Assembly (NCBI GenBank): GCA_045617125.1
Contig: JAZLIA010000034.1
Span: forward strand, 3,739 to 67,738
Source of the DNA: Clostridia bacterium
Lineage (GTDB): Bacteria; Bacillota; Clostridia; Christensenellales; Aristaeellaceae
Length of the DNA: 64,000 bases
Reading direction: 5' to 3'
Below the pieces are notes generated by a model, which was not told where the DNA came from, searched no databases, and was given only the letters and a program-made list of their open reading frames with translations. A program made the position numbers and the translations under genes. This document shows, piece after piece, positions 44,825-53,070 of the stretch (position 1 is its first letter; each line of letters opens with the position of its first letter).

Positions 44825-45838
44825 TTAAAGGATTTCGCTGATCTTCACGGGACGGTGCTCATCCAGGCTCTTCTTGGCTGCCTTGGCCAGCACCACGCTC
44901 ATCAGACCCGCATGAATGCCCACGGGCACCTCGGTATCGTTTACCACAGCGGATACAAACTGCCGCATTTCCTCAATGAAGGAAGCCATATAGCGCTCCA
45001 GGAAGAAATACTGAGGCTTGTCGGAAACGACTCCCCCTGCGGTGGAAACCTTCACCGTGCTGTCGCCGTCATTCTCACCGGCTGCCATGCCCAGGCTGCC
45101 GAACGCTTCCACGCGCTGGTCATAGCCATAGGCTGCGCGGCGGCTGTTGTCGATCACGCCCAAAGCGCCATTCTGGAAGGTAAGGGTCACGATGGCCGTG
45201 TCCACATCCCCGGCTTCACCGATGCGCTTATCCACCAGGGAGGTACCCATCGCGTACACTTCCGTCACATCGCTTCCGGCCAGGAACATCGCCATATCGA
45301 AATCATGGATCATCATGTCGATATAGAGCCCGCCGGAGGAAGCGGCATACTCGGGAGAGGGCGGCTCGGGGTCGCGGCTGGTGATCTTGATGATCTCCAC
45401 ATTGCCAAGCTTTCCTTCCTTCACAAGCTGCTGCACCCGTCCGTGATTGTGGTCAAAGCGGCGGTTGAAGCCGATCTGCAGCTTCCGCCCGGTCTGCTCC
45501 GCCACCTCAGCGGTCTTCTTGATCTTTTCAATGGTCAGATCCACCGGCTTTTCACAGAAAACGTGCTTTCCGGCCAGCATTGCCGCGATCGCGATATCCG
45601 CATGGGTGGGGGTGGGAGAACACACCAGCACAGCGTCGATCTCCGGGTCGTTGATGATATCCATGTAGTTATCGGAATAGAAGGGGATCGCATACTTTTC
45701 CGCCAGCGTTTTTGCGGCTTCCACGCGCACATCGCTCACACGTTTGATCTGAGCCTCGGGAATATGATAGGTGATGGACTGGGCATGCACATTGCCGATG
45801 CGTCCCGCGCCGACGATACCGATATTCAGCTTATTCAT
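44825..45838 (-). CDS. iolG: Inositol 2-dehydrogenase (Gfo/Idh/MocA family)
   Basis: Rossmann motif LNIGIVGAGRIGNVHA, then EKP in FCEKPV. Operon context. Confidence 0.75.
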   Translation of the reverse strand: MNKLNIGIVGAGRIGNVHAQSITYHIPEAQIKRVSDVRVEAAKTLAEKYAIPFYSDNYMDIINDPEIDAVLVCSPTPTHADIAIAAMLAGKHVFCEKPVDLTIEKIKKTAEVAEQTGRKLQIGFNRRFDHNHGRVQQLVKEGKLGNVEIIKITSRDPEPPSPEYAASSGGLYIDMMIHDFDMAMFLAGSDVTEVYAMGTSLVDKRIGEAGDVDTAIVTLTFQNGALGVIDNSRRAAYGYDQRVEAFGSLGMAAGENDGDSTVKVSTAGGVVSDKPQYFFLERYMASFIEEMRQFVSAVVNDTEVPVGIHAGLMSVVLAKAAKKSLDEHRPVKISEIL

Positions 45839-45908
45839 TCAGTTTTTCTCCTTTACTTTATCATCATTTTCACCGGCTCCTCCGCCGGATAAACGTTTCT
45901 GATTCTGT

Positions 45909-47420
45909 TCAGCGGCTGCCGTCCCAGGTGTCCACGCTGCTGTTTTTCATTTCCTCTTCGTCAAACCAGCGGGTGGTCACACACTTGCTTTCGGTGTAGA
46001 AACGGAAAGCATCCTTGCCATGGCAGTGCAGATCGCCAAAGAAGCTCTGCTTATGACCGCAGAAGGGGAACACCGCGATGGGCACGGGAATGCCCACATT
46101 CACACCCACCATGCCGCCGTCGGTATGCTTGGCAAACTCTCTGGCATAATAGCCGTTCTGGGTAAAGATCACGCTGCCGTTGGCAAAGGGATTGCGGTTC
46201 ATCATCGCGAGCCCTTCCTCAAAGCTCTTCACCCGCTTGATGCACAGCACAGGACCGAATACCTCACGGGTTCCGATGGTCATTTCCTCAGTCACATGAT
46301 CAAAGATCGTGGGCCCGATAAAGTAGCCGTCCTCATAGCCATCTACCTTCACATTGCGGCCGTCCAGGATGAGCTCGGCGCCTTCCTGAATGCCCTTGTC
46401 GATCCAGTCCAGAATGAACTGCTGATGGCTGCGGCTGCCCACAGGACCCAGCTTGCTCTGCTTATCGTAAGCAGGGCCCACCTTGATTTCCCTGCACAGG
46501 CGCACGATCTCATCTACCAGCTGATCTGCGATCTCCTCTTCCACCACCACAACAGGCAGCGCCATGCAGCGTTCACCGGCGCAGCCGAAGGAGGAATTCA
46601 TGATCCCGGCCGCGGTGCGGGTGATGGGGGCATCCTTCAGGACCAGGGCATGGTTTTTGGCTTCGCACAGGCACTGCACCCTTTTTCCGTTCAGCGCCGC
46701 GGTGGAATAGATATGTTTGCCCACATCAGTGGAACCCACAAAGGTGATGCCCTTCACATCGGGATGGGTAAGCAGGATCTCCGCTTCACTGCGGGAGCAG
46801 GGGACGATGTTGAACACGCCGTCCGGAACGCCCGCTTCTTTATACAATTCAGCAAACTTCAGGCAGGTCATGGGCGTGGTGGAGGCGGGCTTGAGCACGA
46901 AGGTATTGCCGCACACGATGGCCAGAGGCGCCATCCAGCCCACGGGGATCATCGCGGGGAAGTTCCAGGGGGCGATACCGGCGAACACGCCGATCGGCTC
47001 ACGGTAAAGCGTGGTGTCATAGCCGGAGGAAGCGTCCATCAGGCTTTCTCCCATCAATAAAGAAGGGGCGGAGCAGGCCAGCTCGGTCATATCCAGCGCC
47101 TTGCCCACATCACCGGCCGCCTCGCTCCAGCATTTGCCGTTTTCGGTAGCACACATACGGGTGAGCTCGTCCATATCCCGCTCGATCAATTGATGCAGCT
47201 TCATCATGATCGCGGCGCGCTTGCGCACGGGAGTATCCTTCCAGGCAGGGAACGCGGCCTTTGCAGCCGCCACAGCGGCCTCCACCTCATCGCCGGTGCA
47301 CTTGGGCACTTTGGCAATGGGCTTGCCGGCAGAGGGGTCATAGATGGTGGTGAAGCTGTTTGATCTGCTTTCCACGAACTGCCCGTTGATAAACGGTTTC
47401 ATTACCTTCAACTCTTCCAT
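45909..47420 (-). CDS. iolA: Methylmalonate/malonate-semialdehyde dehydrogenase (CoA-acylating)
   Basis: Aldehyde dehydrogenase family (FINGQFVES, catalytic-Cys region FGCAGERCMA). ATG at 47420. The longer track ORF to 47672 overlaps iolC and was rejected. Confidence 0.8.
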   Translation of the reverse strand: MEELKVMKPFINGQFVESRSNSFTTIYDPSAGKPIAKVPKCTGDEVEAAVAAAKAAFPAWKDTPVRKRAAIMMKLHQLIERDMDELTRMCATENGKCWSEAAGDVGKALDMTELACSAPSLLMGESLMDASSGYDTTLYREPIGVFAGIAPWNFPAMIPVGWMAPLAIVCGNTFVLKPASTTPMTCLKFAELYKEAGVPDGVFNIVPCSRSEAEILLTHPDVKGITFVGSTDVGKHIYSTAALNGKRVQCLCEAKNHALVLKDAPITRTAAGIMNSSFGCAGERCMALPVVVVEEEIADQLVDEIVRLCREIKVGPAYDKQSKLGPVGSRSHQQFILDWIDKGIQEGAELILDGRNVKVDGYEDGYFIGPTIFDHVTEEMTIGTREVFGPVLCIKRVKSFEEGLAMMNRNPFANGSVIFTQNGYYAREFAKHTDGGMVGVNVGIPVPIAVFPFCGHKQSFFGDLHCHGKDAFRFYTESKCVTTRWFDEEEMKNSSVDTWDGSR

Positions 47421-47463
47421 TTTCCATTCACGCTCCAATTTATTATCATGATTGTTGATCCAT

Positions 47464-48477
47464 TTAAATTTCCGTGACCACGCTTCCGCATTCTGACTGC
47501 TTTTCATTAATAAACGCATACAGCTGTTCCTCCCGCGGCATATCCCGGCTGCAGGCATGACTGGCCACCAGCATGGCGGCGCTGGCGCTGCCCATCGTGA
47601 GCGCCTCCGGAAGGCTCTTTCCGCTGAGCAGGCCGTGCAGGAAAGCGCTGGCATAGCCATCTCCCCCGCCAAAGCCCTTCATGGCCTTCACAGGGAAGGG
47701 GCGCACCCGGTAGCTGCCTTCCTTTGAATAGCAGAAGCTGCCTTCCTTTCCATGCTTGATCACCAGCACGGAAACACCCTTATTCTGCCAGTAGGCGGCA
47801 GAAGCCGCATCGGTCCCATCCAGCCCCGTAAGCTTTTCCATCAGGTCAAATTCCTCGCGGCTGCCCAGGATGATATCGGCCTTTTCCGCTACAAGGGAGG
47901 TGTAAAGTGCGATCTCATCCTTGTTTTTCCAGGTGTAAGCCCGGTAATCCGCGTCAAAGATCACGGTCACATTCTGCTTGAGCGCAAAGGCGAGCGCCTT
48001 CAGCGCCGCCTCGCGGGTGGGAGATGTGCAGAGGGAAGTTCCGCTGATCAAAAGCGAGCGGGAGGAAGCGATATAATCTTCATCCACATCGTCAGGATGC
48101 AGCATCAGGTCGGCTGCTCCTTCCCGGTACATCAGGATGGAGCTTTTCTCCGGGCTGAGGATCTCGGTGAACGTAAGGCCCAGACATTCCCCGTTCTGAC
48201 AGCGGGTAACATGGCTCACGTCAATGCCCTCGTTCACGAAATAATCGGTCACATAATCCCCGAACTGATCGTCCGACACCTTGGCCAGAAAACCCACGCT
48301 GCGGCCAAAGCGGGCCATGCCCACAGCAATGTTGGCGGGCGAACCGCCCAGATATTTGTTGAAATTGCTGCTTTCAGAAAGCGGCCGGTTCATATCGGTG
48401 GGGTTAAAATCGATCGCGATCCTTCCCACCGGAATAATATCCAGCCGGCAATCCGTTTTCCCGAACAACGTTTTCAA
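47464..48477 (-). CDS. iolC: 5-dehydro-2-deoxygluconokinase (PfkB family)
   Basis: LDIIPVGRIAIDFNPTDMNRPLSESSNFNKYLGGSPANIAVGMARFG parallels the Bacillus IolC N-terminus. Confidence 0.8.
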   Translation of the reverse strand: MKTLFGKTDCRLDIIPVGRIAIDFNPTDMNRPLSESSNFNKYLGGSPANIAVGMARFGRSVGFLAKVSDDQFGDYVTDYFVNEGIDVSHVTRCQNGECLGLTFTEILSPEKSSILMYREGAADLMLHPDDVDEDYIASSRSLLISGTSLCTSPTREAALKALAFALKQNVTVIFDADYRAYTWKNKDEIALYTSLVAEKADIILGSREEFDLMEKLTGLDGTDAASAAYWQNKGVSVLVIKHGKEGSFCYSKEGSYRVRPFPVKAMKGFGGGDGYASAFLHGLLSGKSLPEALTMGSASAAMLVASHACSRDMPREEQLYAFINEKQSECGSVVTEI

Positions 48478-48489
48478 TGCTTTTCCTCC

Positions 48490-49314
48490 TTAATCTGCAC
48501 TAAAGCTTCCGAAAATATCCAGATGCTGAAGAGCCGTTCTGTATGCCGCATCCTCCGCCCGGGCGGAAAAGTCGAAATAATCCCCCGCCCCATCGGCTGC
48601 CGCACGGCAGGCCATGAAAATGGCGGTGGCAATGTTGATCTTCCTGACTCCAAGGGAAATGCAGCGCCTGAAATCCGCTTCGCTGATCCCGGAGCCGCCG
48701 TGCAGCACCAGGGGGACCGACGTCCCCATCTTGATCTTTTCCAGCAGGTCAAAACGAAGCTGCGGTGTTCCTTTATAGATCCCGTGCGCGTTTCCGATGG
48801 CGACAGCCATCGCGGTCACACCGGTCGCACGTGCAAAACGGATGCTTTCGTCGGGATCGGCACACCGGGGAACGACCTTCATGCCATCCTCCGAACGCCC
48901 GATCACGCCCACCTCGCCCTCAGAATCAGCCCCATGGGCGCGGGCAAGAGACGCCACCTCCGCACTTAAGCGGATATTCTCTTCCATATTATAGCGGCTT
49001 CCGTCAAACATAACAGAAGTAAAGCCCTGCCGGAGCGCCTCCAGCACACACTCCCGCGTAAGGCCGTGATCCAGATGCACACACACAGGAACAGAGGCGT
49101 TCCTCGCGCCCGCAAGCATTGCCGGGCCAAGCAGACGCAGGGGCGTATGCTTCAGCCGGCACTCCGCCACCTGAAGTATCACGGGTGTGTTTTTTTCCTC
49201 CGCCGCCCTCAGCACCCCGCCGATCATTTCCAGCGAGGACACCGAAAAGGAACCTACCGCGGCATTCTGCTTCTCCGCAGCTTCCAAAAGGGGCTTCAAC
49301 TTACTCAGAGACAT
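48490..49314 (-). CDS. iolJ: 6-phospho-5-dehydro-2-deoxy-D-gluconate aldolase (class II aldolase family)
   Basis: Class II FBP/tagatose-bisphosphate aldolase-like: AVGSFSVSSLEMIGGVLRAAEE, VCVHLDHG, VMFDGS, LVLHGGSG. iol context. Confidence 0.75.
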   Translation of the reverse strand: MSLSKLKPLLEAAEKQNAAVGSFSVSSLEMIGGVLRAAEEKNTPVILQVAECRLKHTPLRLLGPAMLAGARNASVPVCVHLDHGLTRECVLEALRQGFTSVMFDGSRYNMEENIRLSAEVASLARAHGADSEGEVGVIGRSEDGMKVVPRCADPDESIRFARATGVTAMAVAIGNAHGIYKGTPQLRFDLLEKIKMGTSVPLVLHGGSGISEADFRRCISLGVRKINIATAIFMACRAAADGAGDYFDFSARAEDAAYRTALQHLDIFGSFSAD

Positions 49315-49315
49315 C

Positions 49316-50101
49316 TTATTCCTCTTTTTCGTCTTTTCCGGCTACGATCAGATGCACACCGGCGTTTTCAAGCAGCTCGGAATATTCTTTGGACGGAGCT
49401 TTATCCGTCACCACCATGTCAAAATCGTCCATGCGGGCAAAGGTGAGCATACCCGTCACGCCAAACTTGCGGCTGTCCACCAGCAGACACACGACCTCGC
49501 TGTTTTCCACCGCGGCCTGCTTGATCTCATACTCCTGCGCGGAAGAATTGGTGGCGCCGTGCACAGATAAGCCAGTTGCCGCCATGAATGCCTTGCTGAT
49601 ATTATATTTTTTCAGATATCTCACTGCGTCGCCGCCGGTAAAGGAATTGGTTTTTCTGCGAAGCGACCCGGGCAAAACGATCACATGCAGGTTTTCAAGG
49701 GGAGCCGCCTGTACGATCGCATCGAGGTTGTTGGTGATGATCGTCACATTCTTTTTATCCCGAAGGCCCTGGATCATGCGCAATGTGGTGGTACCGGAAT
49801 CAATAAAAATGATGTCGCCATCCGTCACCAGCGCAGATGCGGCCGCGCCGATCAGCCTCTTGGGCTCCTCGGCACTGATGCGCCTTTCATCGTAGGGAGT
49901 CAGCAGCGCTGATTTCTGATGAGAACAGACTCCGCCGTACACCTTATCCACCGTGCCCTTCAGGATCAGCTGAGCGATATCCCGTCTCACCGTGTTGGCG
50001 GAAACGCCGAATATCTGGATCAGCTCCTCCATCGAGGCGGTACCTTTTTCCAGAATGTATTTTTCCATTTCTATGATCCGTGATGCTTTCATCATTGACA
50101 C
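49316..50101 (-). CDS. iolR: DeoR-family transcriptional repressor heading the iol operon
   Basis: DeoR HTH (EELIQIFGVSANTVRRDIAQL) plus a sugar-phosphate-binding C-terminal domain. Its stop is 1 nt from the iolJ start. The gene symbol is contextual. Confidence 0.6.
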   Translation of the reverse strand: MSMMKASRIIEMEKYILEKGTASMEELIQIFGVSANTVRRDIAQLILKGTVDKVYGGVCSHQKSALLTPYDERRISAEEPKRLIGAAASALVTDGDIIFIDSGTTTLRMIQGLRDKKNVTIITNNLDAIVQAAPLENLHVIVLPGSLRRKTNSFTGGDAVRYLKKYNISKAFMAATGLSVHGATNSSAQEYEIKQAAVENSEVVCLLVDSRKFGVTGMLTFARMDDFDMVVTDKAPSKEYSELLENAGVHLIVAGKDEKEE

Positions 50102-50200
50102 ACTCCTTTATATCCATATATATTTTATCCCAATTCTCCGGTTTGTAAAGCAAATTTGAGCATGTTTTGATTAACTTTTTGTAAACTGTTCTTTTTTTGA

Positions 50201-50229
50201 TTGAAAATATGTCCGTATTCTGCTATACT
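50201..50229 (+). promoter_or_regulatory. SigA-type promoter for the GH105/88 locus
   Basis: TTGAAA at 50201-50206, a 17-bp spacer, TATACT at 50224-50229 preceded by TGC (extended -10). Confidence 0.45.
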
Positions 50230-50261
50230 CAATCCATCATAGACGGAAAAGGAGCGAACAC

Positions 50262-51299
50262 ATGACGGACGCTGCAAGGATTTCCTCTCTTGTTCTGGAT
50301 AAGCTGATCGGTCAGCACGGATGCACCGATTTTCACGATCATATGACGTTGGATACCTGGGAATGGCCCCAGGGCGTTGCGCTGTATGCCATGATGAAGC
50401 TGTACCGTTCCACCGGAGACAGCGCCATTTTGGAAAAGCTGAAAAACTGGTACGACGCACAGATCGAAAAGGGGCTCCCCTCCCTCAACATCAACACCAC
50501 AGCCCCCATGCTGTGCCTCACTTTTTTATATGAAGAAACCGGAACAGCAAGTTATCTGGACCTGATCGCCTCCTGGGCGGAACAGGTGATGACCAAATTG
50601 CCCCGCACCAGCGAGGGCGGTTTTCAGCACCGCACCAGCGACGATGTGAACGAACAGCAATTGTGGGATGACACCCTGTACATGACCGTTCTGTTTCTCT
50701 TCAGGGCCGGCGTGGTTCTGGGACGCGAGGATTACAAAAATGAAGCGAAATACCAGTTCCTGCTTCATATCAAATATCTGCACAGCACAGAAAACCACCT
50801 GTGGTATCACGGCTACTGCTTCATTGGCAGTCATCATTTCGCCAATGCCTACTGGTGCCGCGGCAACAGCTGGTTCACTGCCTGCGCGCTGGATTTCTGT
50901 GAATGGCTCCCTGAGGGGGATCCCGTGCGCCGCATGGTGGAAAACACCTTCATCGCACAGTGCGAAGCACTGAAAAAATATCAAGATGAAAACGGTCTTT
51001 GGCGCACCCTGATCGACGATCCCGCCTCCTACCCGGAAACCTCCGGCAGCGCCGCCATCGCCTACGGCATAAAGAAGGGGCTGCGGCTGGGACTGCTCAG
51101 GCAGGATGAATTCGGTCCCTGTGCCGAAAAAGCCGTTCAGGGCGTGCTTTCTCAGGTAGGACCCGACGGCGCGGTGAACGGCGTATCCTACGGCACCCCC
51201 ATGGGGATGGATCTGGACTTTTACCGGAATATTCCCATCCGGCAGACGGCCTACGGCCAGGGGCTGGTATTCCTGATGCTCACGGAAGTGATGAGCTGA
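50262..51299 (+). CDS. Unsaturated rhamnogalacturonyl/glucuronyl hydrolase (GH105/GH88, YteR-like)
   Basis: WEWPQGVALYAMMKLY, GGFQHR, LWDDTLYMTVLFL, YWCRGNSWF, YPETSGSAAIAYG. Confidence 0.8.
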   Translation: MTDAARISSLVLDKLIGQHGCTDFHDHMTLDTWEWPQGVALYAMMKLYRSTGDSAILEKLKNWYDAQIEKGLPSLNINTTAPMLCLTFLYEETGTASYLDLIASWAEQVMTKLPRTSEGGFQHRTSDDVNEQQLWDDTLYMTVLFLFRAGVVLGREDYKNEAKYQFLLHIKYLHSTENHLWYHGYCFIGSHHFANAYWCRGNSWFTACALDFCEWLPEGDPVRRMVENTFIAQCEALKKYQDENGLWRTLIDDPASYPETSGSAAIAYGIKKGLRLGLLRQDEFGPCAEKAVQGVLSQVGPDGAVNGVSYGTPMGMDLDFYRNIPIRQTAYGQGLVFLMLTEVMS

Positions 51300-51349
51300 C
51301 CACCCATATAAAAACAACAACAGCATATTTATGAAAGAAGTGTGAAATA

Positions 51350-53005
51350 ATGAAGCATCGTCCGGAATTGATAAGGGACCTGGATGAACGGGTCGCCGGG
51401 CTTCTGGAAAGACAGATCACACTGGAGGGAGATCCCCGTTTCGGAGGCTTCTGGACAGACGAGTTTCATGTTGAACCGCGGCAGAGCGGCTTTTTTCTGG
51501 GAGACATGGTTTCCGCCTTCGTAACAGAGGAGAGCAGGTGGTATCTTCATCCCGACATGGCCGAAGCGATCCGGAGAGATCTTGCATACATGAAGGAGCA
51601 TCAACGTCCGGACGGCTGTTTTGACCTGACTCCCTGCAATTACGCCTCTCCCCCGGACACCGCCTTCATGGTGAACGCCATGCTGAGCGGCTGGTGGCTG
51701 CTGGAAAAGTGCGTGGCAAAAGAAGCGGATTTTATCCGCAAGCCCATGTATGAGCTGATCGATTCCGCCTCCCGCGGCATAGCAAAGGGCGGCTTTCATA
51801 CGCCCAACCATCGCTGGGCCATTTCCTCCTGCCTGCTCAACTGTGAAAAGATCACCGGCAATCCGGAACTTTCCCAAAGAGCGCGGCAGTATCTGCAGGA
51901 AGGCCTGGATATCAATGAGGACGGCGAATTTGCCGAACGCAGCGCCGGCAACTACAACCAGGTGAATGACGATCAGATGATCCGTCTGTTCAAGGCGACA
52001 GGAGACATCCGTTTCCTCGAAGCTGCCGCAAAGAACCTGGAAATGATGTACTGCTACTTTGACCCCGACAATTCGGTATTCACCAACAATTCCACACGTC
52101 AGGATATGGGAAAGAAGGTGTATGCCGATACCTATTATATTTTCTATCTTTTCACCGCCTGGTTCCTCAAAAGGGAGGATCTGGGCCGCATGGCCGGCTT
52201 TATCTGGCAGGACTGCCGCAGGCGCGGCACGGTTCCGCCGGGTGCGGAATGGGTGCTGCTTTATCCCGAAATGGACGGTTACGGCGAGGAAGAAGGATTT
52301 ATTCCCCCCATCGCGAAGGTGGACCGGCTGTTTCCCCAAAGCGATATCGCCCGTATCCGGGAAGGCAAATGGAGCTGTTCCCTTCTCAGGGGCAAGCCCA
52401 ACTGCCTGTATTTTCAGCACGGCAGCTTCAGCATGTACATGACCATCTATTCCAACCTGTGTGACCGGCGCAATTTCCTGGCTGACACCCTGGAAAAAAC
52501 CAAAAACGGCTACATTATGCGTTCTCACGCGGCAGGCTGGTATTACCTGCCCTATGATGAAAAGCCCGCCACCTCTGACTGGTGGAAGATGGATTGCCCG
52601 CACACAAGAAAAAAAACCGAGGGTCTCCCCCTGGATACCGAACTGATCATTGAAAAAGCAGAGGACGGCATCGATCTCACGATCCGCACCTCCGGCATCG
52701 ATCAGCTTCCCCTGAGGGCGGAATTTTCCTTCCTGCCCGGCGGTTATGTGCGCACGGAGCATTTTATCCAGCGAACGCTTCCCGGAGAAAGCATCAACGT
52801 GCTGGGCGGCACGGTGGAGGCCTGCGGCCCCAGGGGTGAATGCATCCTGCTGGACAGCGCTTTCGGCGCCCATGATTTCCGCGACCGGATGGGCGGCGCA
52901 TATCCTCTCAGTTCCAATCACTACACGGTGCTCTTTACCGCCTATACCCCGGTGGAAAAAACCGTACGCATCCGGGCCGCGAGGGCGGACCGGCACCCGG
53001 TATGA
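51350..53005 (+). CDS. Uncharacterised cytoplasmic protein, probably alpha/alpha-toroid plus beta-sandwich (candidate oligosaccharide lyase or hydrolase)
   Basis: Protein-like composition, no signal peptide. The motifs EHQRPDGCFDL, HTPNHRWAISS and INEDGEFAERSAGNYNQV are reminiscent of toroid-fold polysaccharide-active enzymes. The family was not identified by eye. Confidence 0.45.
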   Translation: MKHRPELIRDLDERVAGLLERQITLEGDPRFGGFWTDEFHVEPRQSGFFLGDMVSAFVTEESRWYLHPDMAEAIRRDLAYMKEHQRPDGCFDLTPCNYASPPDTAFMVNAMLSGWWLLEKCVAKEADFIRKPMYELIDSASRGIAKGGFHTPNHRWAISSCLLNCEKITGNPELSQRARQYLQEGLDINEDGEFAERSAGNYNQVNDDQMIRLFKATGDIRFLEAAAKNLEMMYCYFDPDNSVFTNNSTRQDMGKKVYADTYYIFYLFTAWFLKREDLGRMAGFIWQDCRRRGTVPPGAEWVLLYPEMDGYGEEEGFIPPIAKVDRLFPQSDIARIREGKWSCSLLRGKPNCLYFQHGSFSMYMTIYSNLCDRRNFLADTLEKTKNGYIMRSHAAGWYYLPYDEKPATSDWWKMDCPHTRKKTEGLPLDTELIIEKAEDGIDLTIRTSGIDQLPLRAEFSFLPGGYVRTEHFIQRTLPGESINVLGGTVEACGPRGECILLDSAFGAHDFRDRMGGAYPLSSNHYTVLFTAYTPVEKTVRIRAARADRHPV

Positions 53006-53070
53006 CCCCTATATCCGTTTCCTGCCGCACACGGTGCGGTGAAATAAACATTTTAAGGAGGAACTCCCAC

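Noticed and set aside
47421-47672. An 84-codon upstream extension of the iolA ORF that overlaps the 3' end of iolC.
   Set aside because: The extension is Cys/Arg/Ala-rich and lies antisense-independent over iolC coding sequence. Aldehyde dehydrogenase homology starts at MEELKVMKPFINGQF (ATG 47420).
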